Positions 13,101 to 25,787 of a DNA stretch of 64,000 nt are shown one piece after another. Both the position numbers and the translations under genes were made by a program. The notes beneath the pieces were generated by a model. It saw only the letters and a program-made list of their open reading frames with translations, had not been told where the DNA came from and searched no databases. Where the stretch lies: contig CM060732.1 of assembly GCA_030704615.1 (NCBI GenBank), positions 39,866,001 to 39,930,000 of the forward strand, in the 5' to 3' direction. The first letter of the stretch is position 1, and each line of letters opens with the position of its first letter. The DNA is from Takakia lepidozioides. Taxonomy: Eukaryota > Plantae > Bryophyta.

Positions 13101-16100
13101 GTAGTCCCAGCCTGCAATCTTTGGATGTATTTTTTGGCCAAACTGCACACTGCATGCTCCAAGAAGCTCTTCACCCCTGTTGTAGCTCCTCTATCTTGTG
13201 GTTGCTACCCACAGCAAAAAAGCAGAGAAACAAATTGGTGAGTTTGAGGGCCATACAGTCCACTACTTCAAGGCATCCTTTTGCTCAAATGTTGGGGTTT
13301 GTGCAAAACGTGTACTGCAAATTATAAACATGAAGACTAAGGCAAACTCTGTTGAAATGATTATCTTCTTTTCTCCTTGCAGAGGAACTGTTTTGCATGT
13401 TTGTGTGTACTCATTAATTGTGTACAGTAAAGTCTGAGCAGTTTTGCATCCCTCCCCATTTCCTGCCGGAACTTCCAAAGGGAAAAATTGATTCAATTGT
13501 GATGGCATTTTGTAAGGTAATGAAGTGAGGCAAAATATGGTAGCGCAAAATAAGCTAAATAATTACCACTGTAACAAGAATGCCACGGACGAAATAGAAA
13601 AATTTGTTCCGGAGGAGATGGTCCATAATGGAGCCTGCCCTGGGATTGTCATTCCCTGTCAAGGTCAGTAGAGTTTCCAGTAAAACTGTAGCTGAATCGC
13701 TTGCTGTCGTTGGCGAATGGGCAGGCCTTAACAGCTCTGATTTCAGGGTTGCACTACACACGCACAGAGATACGCACAAGAGTGGGACACTGACAGAGTA
13801 TCACTTGGATTTCTCAAGAAGCTTTAAAATTTAAGTCTCAACAATTATATGGCAACATGGTCTTCATAGAGCAATAAGGGTGCAACTCCTATCTATCACC
13901 ATTGTCATGCTAACCACACATATGTGAACACGCGAAAGTGACAAAAATATTCAACACTACTTGTGCACTAGCCAGTGATGGGACTTTAATAGCTGCAATG
14001 TCTTGCACAGGATGGTGCCCAATAGTGGTTAGCAAATCAGAGACAAACACAGCCTACCACTGGCTCATCACACTTACTGCATCAAGGCTAAGAGGTTCAC
14101 AGCCTCAGCACCCAACAGTTTTCTGCTGTTGTTTTCCTGCAAAAAGTAGATGCCAACTTGCCCCACTAAAGGACAAAAAGGTGTACTTAATGGATACAGA
14201 GATTTATCTGATGTATAGGTTAACAAGAAAACAGTACTCACCAATTATGATAAAGGGCATCAACACACATGCATGCAAGACGCTTCAGCCTGTACTCTGC
14301 AACGCACCAGTCTGGAGCTTTGCCATCTTCAGTGAATAGGGCCTCTATGCTAGCTGCACAACAAAATTGCCATTAGGGTAGTCATCTCTGGCTTTCTCAC
14401 CCTCACACCTAAGGCTAGCCTCACAACGCAAATACCTTATGAAAGCTTGCTACTCAACAACATTAGGACAAGGCTGAGTACAACCTATATCTCGGCAAAA
14501 AAAGCCACACTGAAACTGTTCACATACTCACTCAAGAATCACTGACAAGCCATTGGCAAAGGCATGGGAAGGGTGAGAGCAAGGACAGGAATAGACTAGG
14601 GAAAATGACTAGTTTGTAATACAACTTGCATGTTTAATACCATATGCTTGCCACAGTGATCCCACATGCGAGAGGGAAAGAGAAGAAAAATAGATCCCCA
14701 TCTCCGAACCCACGACTAACAGTAGCTTTCAAAGCAAAGCAATTAATTTTGCCTCTCTTCCAAGCACAAGTACATGTCAAAGGATGCCTCTTACTTTTCT
14801 GTCTCAGACACTCATGGAGAAGGCGACAAGCTCCCACAAGACGTCGAACATCCCCAGTGTTACTTGCACGAAAGAAAAAAAACAGTTGTGGGAGGTACTT
14901 CGAAGACGGATTGAATGCCTTTCTGCACACATCATCCAAAACCCTCATATTCTGCACAATAAGCACATGGTCCTAACCACGGCAAACCAAGCCGAAAGAG
15001 ACAAAGAGGTTTGATACGGATTTTATCCTACCTGCATTTGAGAATATTCAGTCAAGAAAAGGCTGAGAAATTTGACCTGTCTGCCTTCTCACCAAATTCA
15101 CCATAGACTGCACAAAACTCCCGTCGGATGACAGGCCGTTCTGCGGCAACTGCCTTTCTTCCTCTTACAAATTTCTGTACAATTACAAGAGTAAGTCATA
15201 ATGTCAATATATCCAGTTGGCAGAAGCTCCAGACTCTCATCCTTTCTCTCCCAACATATGGACGACATTTGCGAAGCATGTTAGGGCTGGAGTCAATTCA
15301 TATGTTCCCTGTGCTAAATGGACTCTTATTCAGTTCTAACCTAATTGCCAATGTCTGTACCAGTCAACCTTATGCTCTGTGGTCTAGCAGCACTGAGAGT
15401 TCAAATCAAACAATCCATTGTCATCAGTTTTCATCAACTGTACGCAACTGCAATGGCAATTTCAGGTTGAGTGGGGTGACCCCTCACCACCACCTGTGGG
15501 AGGGGTAGCATCCAAGGAGAACTATGCCTTTAAAGGCACATCATAGCCACAGTACGTAGGGAATGGTCATTTGATAGTCATTATACCTATGCCTAGATAG
15601 AGCTGAAAAGTTGCAATCTCCTGCTGCCACCAATGTAAGACAAAGTACTGGAGGGCAAGGCTCACAGGAACCAGGGACACAGTTTAAGTTTGACAATTCA
15701 TAGTTGCTGATTTCTTGTGAAGACGTAGACTGAGAGAATCAGATTGGTGGGGGGGGAGGAGAGGCAACAGTGAATACATGGTTCCACACATAGAACGTAC
15801 TATACTCAATTTTCTGGGAGCAAACAATGTTAAAACAGGGGATGCCCCAACGGAAGGGCCTCTTATTCACTAACTATAGAACAGAGGCCAGTAATGCCAG
15901 TCAATTTAGTTTTTCAATTACAAAATCCAAGCCGCCATGTAGAAGCTGCAGGCGATTTTCATACCCCCGATGACGCAAGTGGAGCAAGATAGGTTGAAAA
16001 GTTTGCAAAGGTTGAAATAGCTTGCCGTATCATTGTGGAAATAGACCCTGTGCTCAGTCTGCGTGAGACGGAGAGGGAGAGAGAGAGAGCGGGGGGGGGA

Positions 16101-16286
16101 GAAAAGCCGAAATGACTAAAGACAGACCTGAATTTTCGTAGCACTTTGAGTTTGAGCACGAAATCTTTGCCGCTGCTCTCGATCAGCCCTGGTCTGCTCC
16201 ACCAGTTTATTCCGATCTCTCTCCTTGTTGCTCCTTCCTCCGAGATCGACCTTCTTCTTGATAGTCGAATCCCCCGAGAAAAACAT
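1191..16286 (-). CDS. UPL6: HECT-type E3 ubiquitin ligase, UPL6-like (IQ motif + HECT domain), multi-exon
   Basis: First exon (ATG 16286) reads [53 protein letters not shown], next exon KFVRGRK (IQ motif), as in plant UPL6 N-termini. HECT exons: [25 protein letters not shown] (~7126-7253), [19 protein letters not shown] (~4063-4129), [18 protein letters not shown] (1783-1854), [17 protein letters not shown] with catalytic Cys (1511-1600), last exon [15 protein letters not shown] (1191-1257). GT-AG junctions where checked. Confidence 0.95.
3781..3884. repeat. ~54-bp tandem duplication in a UPL6 intron
   Basis: TGATGTC...GACATACATGAATATTCAATTCCCCTCGACTGCCA.GCAC occurs twice. Confidence 0.85.
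4700..4975 (-). mobile_element. Old LINE C-terminal (zinc-finger region) remnant, second family
   Basis: EIETEEH...CPVYYEI...KDQKCLA-like residues; homologous to 5800-6060 in the opposite orientation. Confidence 0.55.
5001..5127 (+). mobile_element. Short 3'-tail insertion of the TC-targeting LINE in a UPL6 intron
   Basis: Tail GCCCAAACTGGGC...TGGCCACAAGGCTACGGC...GTCTTATGAGTACA; perfect 16-bp TSD TCTATCTGTAGGCTGG (4985-5000, 5128-5143). Confidence 0.88.
5691..5797 (-). mobile_element. Two stacked short tail insertions of the same LINE
   Basis: Insert 5691-5754 with 16-bp TSD ATCTCAAGGTGAGAGA (5675-5690, 5755-5770), immediately followed by a degraded second tail at 5771-5797. Confidence 0.83.
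5800..6060 (+). mobile_element. Old LINE C-terminal remnant, inverted relative to 4700-4975
   Basis: GAGATTGAAACTGAAGA...TACTATAAGATC...CAGAAATGCTTGGC...AGATAATC blocks shared with the reverse complement of 4700-4975. Confidence 0.55.
11262..11366 (+). mobile_element. Short tail insertion of the LINE at a (CT)n end
   Basis: TSD TCTCTCTGCCTTCCAC / TCTCTCTGGCTTCCAC (11246-11261, 11367-11382, 1 mismatch); ends GTCTTATGAGTACAT. Confidence 0.82.
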
Positions 16287-17071
16287 AACTACTGTCTTTT
16301 ATCTGTCAACTTCTCGTGCTCCTTCTTGATGCTCCGCAGCCGCGCTCTAGTGTAACTTTATCGAAGTCCCGCAAAAAACATCACTGTGCCCGAATCCCTC
16401 GTGATTACATCTCTGATTCTTCCAATTCACAGAGGAAGCTGCATGCAACCATCGGTCGGTGCACTACTCCTACCTCCGCTTTCTCCACTAATTGCACACC
16501 AAGAACAGCACACAAATGTCAATCCCCGCTGCTGCTTGCTTGATTGTGCACGACACAGAGCACATGCTGCGATTTAGTTAAGGCAGCATCCACGACACCC
16601 TTCTGGACCCCTTCATGCTGTGCTTCACTTTCCAGAGCTCCACTGAGCAGACTTCCACACCCACCCTGCCCGGCCCGCCCCTTCTTCCGCCACCACCGGC
16701 CAGACCCTCCATTTCCGAGGGTCCGCCCCACTATTCGAATAGAAAATCTAGACCTAGATATTCACGAATATATATATATATATGTCCCATGGTCCCGCGG
16801 GGACGGGACATCCATGGGACATTCATAATTCTCGAAGTGTTTGTTATGTCTGAAGTCTGAACCAAGTGTGCGAGGCCCAGGTGGCGGGCAGCCCTGGTTG
16901 TTGGTGGATAGATGATGATGAAGGGGCTTGTATGCTTCTATCTATCATGAATCTCTTCACAGGAACTGAGAGTGTGGCGAGCTGAAAGATTTGTGAGAGA
17001 AAGAATGAGTAGGTGGAGGATGTGAAGCGTGCGAAATAGCAAAGGAGTGCAGGTAGAATTTAGTTGCAGCC
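16287..17071. promoter_or_regulatory. Short divergent (head-to-head) intergenic region between UPL6 and the TPR gene
   Basis: 785 bp between the two ATGs, with a GC-rich core and a (TA)n run near 16768-16783. Promoter function is inferred from the geometry. Confidence 0.55.
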
Positions 17072-20000
17072 ATGATGTGCGCAGCTGTCGGGGCGTGTCA
17101 TTCTTCTCCGTGCGTCCCTGTTTGTTTGAAGTTGATATCTCCTCAATTTAGCTGTCAGTCTGAGTTAAAGCAATCTGGTGGTGCGAAAGCCATAAAGAGG
17201 AGAGGGTGTAGGAATTGGTGTTTGCTTGCGTTTCGTAGGCAATGGAGCTCTTCCCTTAGCCATGATGAATTAGATACTAGCGGAGTTAGGAGCGTAATTT
17301 TGAGAGTTGTGGAAAACAAGCGCCTAGAGCAACATTATATCACTGTAAAAGATGAGAATAGAGGAAGGAGCGGCCAGGCAGAGAGACGACTACAAGATGG
17401 TAATGCCGGTATCGCAGGGCACTCGTCAGTAACTGCCCGACGCCAGCTGTTATTCAGCCTTTCTGTGGCACTTGGAGCACTAATGTTGGGCAATGTTGAT
17501 CTTCCTGCAAAAGCAGCAGTTTCAACGAGAGTAAAGCTCAAAGATGTTGAAAATCCCAAGCTGCAGGATGCTCTCAGGGCGGCGGTTGCTGGAGACCTGG
17601 AAACTGCTGAAGAATTGTTTTCAGCTTTGATAGATGAGGATTCCGCAAATGCCAGTGTCTGGTCCAACCGGGGGAGTGTGAGGGTCTCCCTTCTGAAGTT
17701 TGAGGAGGCGGCCCAGGATTTCAGTAAGGCTATTGAGCTGGCTCCCGAGGCCCCAGTCCCATTTCTTAATCGCGCCATTTCTTACGAGGTAACTATAACC
17801 ATCAATCCAAAAAGATAGAACTGATTTGCTTTGTCTGGAGTGCACCTTTTTTCCAGAGCAGTTTCTGGCTTTAAGCCAAAGAGTGTCGCACTATAGGTTA
17901 TCCTGACGGTCACAAAAAAAGCACTATGAATGGCTACGACAAATTTTAACTGTTCAAACAAAGAACGGATGCCTTTTTGCAATTTGTCATTGACATTGAT
18001 GCGCGAGGTCTCAACCAGACTGAAGGATTCCAGAGCAGGTGCAGCATATTTTGGGGCTCGTTGTAGACAGATTTCAGACAAGGAACTACATTTGTGGCTC
18101 CTCAACTAGCCAGTTTTCAATTTCTATTGAAGGCATTGCAGCATTAAGAAGCAGTGGCACAGACTTCATTTTATATGTAAAATTCATGCTAATAATGTTT
18201 GCTCAACGTTATTTAAGAATGTGTATTTCAATTATTGAACTGGTGAGAATTTTAGTGCTAATCAACAAACATACAACCTCAAAGATCATACTGTGGTGAG
18301 AGATTTTGCACTAACACTATGGGGCTTTGACCTCTTTGGCATGTATAAGACCTGCTAACATCAATAACGTTTCTGTCTCTTCCCTTCTCTGTATCTCTTT
18401 GTCACCCGATAGGCACTTGGACGCTATCAGGAGGCTATTGCCGACTGCAAAACTGCCATTGTCAATGACCCTGAGGTGCCCCGTTTTCTTTCAGTTTTTC
18501 GTGATTAATGTGTTGTTTGTTCAATGCTGGCTCCCTAAGTACAATGTTGGGAGACACAGTTACTGTCATAAGCTTATGACTAGCAATACCTTTCTTACCC
18601 AATCTTCTTCAATGATTCAGCTGAGCAGAACCATGATTCCGTCATTTCGATTCATAGAAGAAATATCCTCTCTACAGGATGGCAATAGAAATTCCATTTG
18701 CAGTTCCTTGTTTATAGTAACACTTGAACAGACTGAAATTCCAAAGCACCATATGATATTTTAGAATTATGGCAGGCACTAACAGCTGTTTGGGTGGGGC
18801 CAGGAGTTTGCAGCTTGGTTTAACTTGGGAAATGTGGAAGCACGAGTACGTGACTATGACACTGCTTTGACTGCTTATTCCAGAGCCTCAGTGCTGGCTC
18901 CTGGAATTGCAGGATACCGACTCAAGCAAGCTCTGGTTCTCTTTCAGGTTTCATGCTGCATCTTTGTGGATGAAGTGGTGTTTTCAGCTTGTGTATGGCA
19001 TGGGCTAGATGTATTGGTGTCAGAAGTAGAAGATCTGAGATCCATAGGATATCACATGAAGGTGCCAACTAACGCCTTTCTGGCATTGTAAACGGAAATT
19101 TAGAAGTGGGAGTCCAAATAAGCAGGTGAGGTTGGGTAGCTGGCCCCCCTCCTCCTTTTTGTACTCGATTGACGAGGCATGATTATGGTGTGTTTCATTC
19201 TGGGGGAAGAAAAAGAAGAAGATGATTTCAAGGTTAAAAAGTTTGAAGGTCGTACCGGACGAAGTACCAAATTGACCAGGTTGATAGTCCTTACAGCTTC
19301 TGTAGCTCATGCACTTACACGTATAATATACTCTGGATGAAACCTCCAGGTAGAGCAATGCACACAATTGAAGTTGCGTATGAAGTTGGTCTTTGTTAAA
19401 CTAGTATGACTGTATTGACGAAGCATTTGAGGGCAATGTACTGAAGGCAATTTACTGAAGGGTGTGCCACTGGCTGTTTGCAATGTGGGTGAGTCATTAT
19501 ATTGAGTTGAAATCTTAGTGTTGCAATCTACAGCTCGACAGATTGGGAGAGGCCAAGAAACTGATACAAGGCCTTGTCCGGAAGTATCCAAATTACACTG
19601 AGGCTCATGCAGCTCTAGCGGCAGTGCTGTGGAAAGAAGGTGACCGCAGCCGGGCAGAGGAACAGTTCTCTGAGGCCACTTCTCGGGAACCGCAGTACAG
19701 CAATATCAGGTAGAGAGTTTGTCTCTCTCTCTCCTCTCTCTCCCTCTCTCAATATCCACAAGGCTACAGCTAAACGTATGAGTACATTCTCTCAATATCT
19801 GAGGATTGTCTGGAAGGCAAGAACTCCTTCAATCTGCCAAGGTGCGGCCTACTAGCCACTGGACTGGCTTAATTATTACCATCTCATATTTATGTGTTGG
19901 ATTATGTCAACTGCTGTGTTTTTAATGCATTGAACTGTTGTCTCAAAGCAAATTCTATCAGACATCCACTTTTTGCTCATTCAATTGAGGTATGACCTCC

Positions 20001-20224
20001 TATGGTCAAATTTCAAAAGTGCTTAGCAGGGAAAAATGTCATGTTGCCGCAATGTTGAACAAGGCATTTAATTGCATTCGACATTGACATGATGGCCTGT
20101 TACTGGTACTGAACCTCGCATTTTGTGGATTTATGTGGGTCTCTGCAGGTGGATTGGTGCAGAGCTGCAGTGGCCACCAGGTGCCGTGGAAGCCATGGCC
20201 AAGTTTCTTAATATCACTTACTGA
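17072..20224 (+). CDS. TPR-repeat protein with predicted plastid/thylakoid targeting N-terminus (5 exons: 17072-17788, 18413-18475, 18804-18947, 19534-19709, 20149-20224)
   Basis: TPR motifs VWSNRGSVRVSLLKFEEAAQDFSKAIELAP, PFLNRAISYE-ALGRYQEAIADC, AWFNLGNVEARVRDYDTALTAYSRA. C-terminus RKYPNYTEAHAALAAVLW...WPPGAVEAMAKFL. Exons join in frame at GT-AG. Ser/Arg-rich leader followed by RR-hydrophobic-AKA motif. Confidence 0.88.
19757..19787 (+). mobile_element. Minimal (~31 bp) tail insertion of the LINE in TPR intron 4
   Basis: CACAAGGCTACAGC...TATGAGTACA between TCTCTCAATATC direct repeats (19745-19756, 19788-19799). Confidence 0.72.
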
Positions 20225-21857
20225 GATAAGATTTTGCCAAGCATCGTCTTCAAGTAAGCGAAGCGGAAGTCTACAATTGTTGGGGTAAGCCGGGGACAAG
20301 TAGACCATTGCCGTTGTATCCCTTTTGTAGACCTCTACGAAGTGGAATTGTTGATTCTTCCCGGATGAATGCAATTTGGATGGCAAGTATTGCAGTCATC
20401 GGAATGGATGGACCCCTAACGATGCTCTCGTCTTTGCTAGCTATGCAGGCGGCGTTCTCTCTATTCGTGAGCTATATATGTGCTACAGCTCCAGCTCTTT
20501 GTATTAGGTTTCCAGTGCATCCGTTTGCTGTCTTCTTCAGCCCTGGGTTTGATAGTAGCTGTGTTTCTTATCTTGTTTCTGATGTCGGAAGGCCTCATAG
20601 TATCTGGTGGTGCGAGCATGCCTTTGCAAGCTATGACGGGTTCACCTCGTTAGGCAGACTACATCGAATTTGCCGGGGTTTTGTGACGTGGATTGGGTCC
20701 TTGTTTCCTTCTCACAGTACTTTCTACTTCGCAAAGTTGTGACTTCCATCTTCTGGAAGACGCTATTGTATGCCCAGTCACGTCTGCAGTGGTGTGGTGA
20801 TTATTTTGTAAGTGTTAGTGATAATCAGGATGTCCGTGTTTGAGAAGTCGCCTGGAGTATTCAATGGTGTTGAACTGAAGAGGTTAACATTTGTTGTTCG
20901 TCTATGAGCGTAAGTCAAATGGCCAAGGATGGAAACTCTCGAGCGCAGTTGCAGCTGGTGCTGAGTCCTTGCTTGCAAGGAGAACCTACTCAGTGTGCCT
21001 CTGCATTTCTATGACGCATAAACTTTTACTGAGGCCGTCGTATGGTTTCCCAAGAATAGCAAGTGTCGTGCTTACCAAAGGCTTACTAATGCATTGAGAA
21101 AAGTGAGGTGGAAGCTTTTGATTCGTGTAGGATATTGAAATAGAACCTTTTGGAAGAGCTGGATTTTGAATGTGCCGAGGATAATTTTCGTTCCTTTCCT
21201 ATGAGTGAACCTTCATGTCTGCGCTTTTGAGGAGCAACTTCTGGTACGTATGTTTCGTTTCATGCAGCGAAGTCCCATGTTCTTGGCGATTGCTAGTAGC
21301 TTCATCGTAGACCCGATCTAGGTCTAGCAGTGGTTGCAGGGGAAGTTCTGGTCTGTCGGGAAGTGATGACGATACATCTCGACATATCCGAAAGCATGTT
21401 TATTACATGCATGTGGATTTGCGTTTGATTTGCACGTCAGTCTGATCCCTTCACAGTAGCACTTCCACGATTCTAGAACTCTTCCGAGAGCTGTTGATCA
21501 GCCACCGAGTTGGAGCCTTGATAGACTTTTAAAGTCTGCTTTGCATTGAATTCCGGATCTTTGAGTTCTGTTGTTGAAGTAGATAATCATCGATGATTAG
21601 TGATTCCCCATCCAATTATCACCATCTTCGATTGCTGCTACAGTCAAACTTAGTGCCCATTAAAATAAAGCCCCCCAAGTTTGGGTGGCCCCTGTTCATT
21701 TTTTATTTTGTTTTTTATGCAAAGGGAGCAGAGGCCCTTTTGATCAAATTAATAATAAAAGGTTTAACAGAAATGAAAAAATAACCATTGATGAGGCTGT
21801 GAAGGCTTAATGCGGGAAACTTTTCGCTACTGAGGAAGCAATGGTGCCTGGTCATTC

Positions 21858-22110
21858 TAGAGTGGTCCAAGAATTAGAAAGCTGGCCATATAGTAAGCTA
21901 CATAGGGATTTGAATTAATAATTGTTATGTAAAGGGGGCAAAGAAAAAAGCAAGATCGCGACCCCCATTAAATAGGGGATGGTTCAGGCCCAATTTCAGT
22001 GGTTGGTGTACACGTGTCAAGTGGTGAGAGTAGGTGTCATTAGGGTCTGATATGTATGTGTCATGTGTCAGACCCTTTTGGAAGGGTCCCTCCGCCCTTA
22101 GAGGCTACCT
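21858..22110 (+). repeat. Unclassified dispersed repeat, second copy at ~44647-44895
   Basis: Collinear blocks AGAGTGGTCCA.GAATTA.AAAGC, ATATAGTAAGC, TTGAATTA, ATGTAA.GGGGG, ATTAAAT.GGGA, GAAGGGTCCC at both sites. Confidence 0.65.
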
Positions 22111-23614
22111 ACTCACCTCAGCAGATAAATCACAACAAATTTGTGCTATGGTAGTACCTGGCCCCAAATCTTTTCTAGTGGACAAAACCGAACCGGAACG
22201 AGACCTCTTAATGTCTCTCTCCGTCTTTCGTTATGGCTCAGTCTCCTCCCACCTTGCTCTGTAGCAGCCTCCTTTGTAGTGTGAAGCCATACTATTGTGA
22301 AGCCATGATATTGGGAAGCCCTGAATCGTGAAGGCTTGTCTTCTAGTGACATATTTGCAAATCAATTTTCTCAAAGCGTGCATGACCTTCATGCAAAATG
22401 ATCCTACAAAATCCAGGATCATCTAGGCTATGCATAGGCAAAGCACAAACACCCAACCACTTGGCAACCTGCTCAAGTGCAGATAGTGACATGCCATGGG
22501 TCAAGATTGTGAGGATGGAGAGCTTCGGGAATTAGCTTGCAAAGAAAGATGAGAAGAGAGAATGTTATGTTTGAATGCAATGATATTGAACGAGTCTTGA
22601 TATTCAGATTCATGATATTGAATGCAAAGATGAAGATGCAAGATATAGACTTACTCGAGTAAGATATAGCCTTGCTCGAGTAAGGCTATAGAGTGGGGTT
22701 GCAATGGAGAGGAGGGTAGGAAGGCAATTCTATATAAATCGCCATATGACGTCAAAATGAAACAAGCGGCCAGTGGCGTATGGCTCCTCTTTGTGAATAG
22801 TGGAATCTACTTCCATCCATACTAAACTTGAAAAATCATCCATTTATTTTTCATACGTTGTTCAATAACAAAAATGTTACATGACGGAGGTGTTATGTTG
22901 AGATGGAGAGGAGGTGACCCTTGGGAAAGGCACAACATGGGCTTAGTGATTTTTGACACTGATGCGTGGTCTCTTCTTTAGAGTAAAGAGGAGCCAACAA
23001 ACGTAAGAATGCCCAATAGTGCCAAAAAGAAGGACGTCAACTTCAAAATGACACATGCCATATTTCGGCTGTCTTCCCACGTCCCCAGCAACACCATGAG
23101 GCTCTTTAAGCCCTCCTTCCCGCTTAAACTCATCCTCTCTAACACGACATCTATTGCTCCTTTGCAGGCTATCGTCAGATTAGGTGGGCCAACGGTCAGG
23201 TTATCCGATGGACTAGCAGTCCCTCTTCTTCGCCTCTGCTTGGGGAAGAGCGTACGTGGCGTTTCAAGCTATGGTTGAAGTGAAACTGTTACCCATAATT
23301 GAGTAGATGGCTTGTGTTCTATTGGGGCAACTAACAAGTTGGCCGCTTGCTGGCATTATTGCCTCAGCTTGCGCTTGTTTCTCGGGCTTTGATGGTCATG
23401 CCCTAAGTGCATTGTTCAAGTAATTTTAAGCAAAAAACTCGCTCTTGCAGTCACACATGATAACCTATTACATACAAGATGCTCATGTAAAAAAAAATAT
23501 AGCCACCTTCGAAGTTGTTTTGTTTGTGATTATTTTCTTACAAATATGTGGCAAATATATTTTTAATGCAAAAGCGGCACTGGACTGCACATCTAGGTAC
23601 ATGTGGGTATATTC

Positions 23615-24151
23615 CAGTGTTGGGCGGATATAGAGTCATAAGGATATCAACCCGGATATCAACATATCCGGATTCGGATCCGGCAACTATTTGATATCCG
23701 GCTATTATTTATATCCGGAGCCTACCCGCCGGATATAAAAAGGTTTAATAACCGGATTGTATCTGGATATGTAGCCAAAATACCGGATCTCAACCGGATA
23801 CAAGAAATAAAATAAAATTTTATATTTTATTGAAATTTTAATAATTTAAATTTAAAATTTAAAAAATGCGAGTAAATCTCAATAAAGTTAAATCAGGGCC
23901 TGTTTTTTAAAACAATTATATTTCATGATTATTTATATCCGGATTACTCTATAACCGTCCGATATTAAAATCTAAATTTCCGGACTTATTTATATCCGGC
24001 AGATTTTTAAAAACTTCCACTATGCATAACCGGCGGATATTAGAAATGCAAATTATTCTAATATCCGGATCCGCAGGATATTTCATTCTCTAATTTGTCA
24101 AGTATCCGGACCCGGCAGATATTAGAAAAAACTAAGAACCGCCCAACACTG
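23615..24151. mobile_element. hAT-family MITE sharing termini with the 50108-54477 element
   Basis: TIR CAGTGTTGGGCGG; 8-bp TSD GTATATTC (23607-23614, 24152-24159); many TATCCGG/CCGGAT subterminal motifs around an AT-rich core; 537 bp. Confidence 0.92.
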
Positions 24152-25787
24152 GTATATTCCCAACAACAGCCCCAGAAATTTGTCTCCAGTGAGCTCCGAA
24201 GACATAACTGGTAAAATAAAATAAAATAAAATGTATGACACTCCTGAAAGGAGCGTAAACTACTATGGTGGCTCATGACTTTTGAATGGCTACTGCCTTC
24301 TGGCGAGAAGGTGGACACCTTTATGAGACCAATTGGGAGATTGAACCCACAACCACTTCTAAGGTGATATGGGCCCAGTACCAGCGTATAGGTAAATCTG
24401 GCATGTGCATGTTTGAATATTCCCAGTATATATTTTGTCCACTTCCTCTAATATATTCCGGCTCCATCCAATCTTTAAAATTTAAAAAAAAAATGTTATG
24501 CTTCTGAATTATGTGCACGACTCTCTTTGGTCTTCTTGCCCAGCGTGTCAGCATTAAGAGCTCATACCTTATGGAATATTTGGAAGGATAGATGTGGGTT
24601 TGTTTTCCATTGTTTAAGGCTCACTCGGACTTGATGTCTGAGGCCAGAAAGGCATGGCGGGTTGGGGGTGAAGCTTCTGGCAGGTGCAGAGAGAGACGCA
24701 GAGCACAACTTTTCTCATAATTTGATAGCTCCTGGGGAAGATGTGATCGTATCTGCACCAGACAATCGGACCCGAAGGTGCTATGGAAGGAAGACATCCC
24801 GCCAAGCTGGCAACTCTCATAGCTCTAAGTGTGTTCCCCTTTTGGGCGAGGAATCAGATGTTAATTGGACGCACCGTAGATCCAACAATAGGAACGGTAG
24901 ATCTCGTGTGCACCTCTCCATTGCTAGTCTTGGTAACAATTAGTGTAACTTATCCTGGCAGTCGACTGGTCTGATCCTAGTAGACCCTCCTGCCTATCTC
25001 TTTGTGTTCTTGATTCTCTTCTTGTCTCGAAGCAGTGTCTTTCGATTTCAGCCTCTATGGCACCCTTTTGGAGGTTATTTTTTCCTCCTCTTGTATCTTG
25101 GCCTGGCCGTGTTTTTTTAATATGATTTACAGGGCCTCTGTCCCCTTTTGTTTAAAAAAGAAAAATAGAAAAAGAAAAATAGAAAAATAGAGTGAGTTCA
25201 ATCATCTCCAAGAAAAAGTGCACATCCTTCACGCCCCTGGGTGGCTATTTTTCCCACCTCTTTGTAATATTTTAATTTAATTTGAGTAAAAGGGCCTCCG
25301 TCCCCTTTCTCTAAATAAATGTTTGTTTTTTTTTTAAAAAGGTGCACAACTTGAACCCTGAAACTCCGACCATGAGTGATGGACAAACATCCTTCCAGAT
25401 AAATGTAAAATAATCCATCCATCCATATCTACAGTTGGATGAACGTATTTGAAAAGTAGGAGGGGTGCAGAGAGGGGCAGCCATAGTCCAGCAGCCATAG
25501 GTATCTGCCCTGCTCTCAAACACCAGCCAGTGTCCACCCAGGAGCTGCGCAAAATTGTCATCTTTGCCCGTCGATGCTGTTCAGGATTCATTGGGCTGAA
25601 CTAGTTGTCTTTCTTTTGGTGTAGAATGTAGCCACCGATTCTGTGGAGTAGCAGTAGTGGGAATAGAGCACAATCTCTCTCTCTCTCTCTCTCTCTCTTT
25701 CTCAGAGTCTCTCGGACGTTGAAAATTTGTTTTGTTTCTTATTTCTATCTGTGCAATGAGCCTGGATACGCACTCTCAGTAGGGTCG

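Noticed and set aside
17335-17778. Antisense ORFs over real exons (e.g. 17335-17778, 28788-29186, 40710-41270)
   Set aside because: Shadow frames of genuine coding sequence on the opposite strand.
24285-24395. Functional tRNA gene at the A/B-box-like sites
   Set aside because: No complete cloverleaf or acceptor stem; treated as SINE-like remnants.
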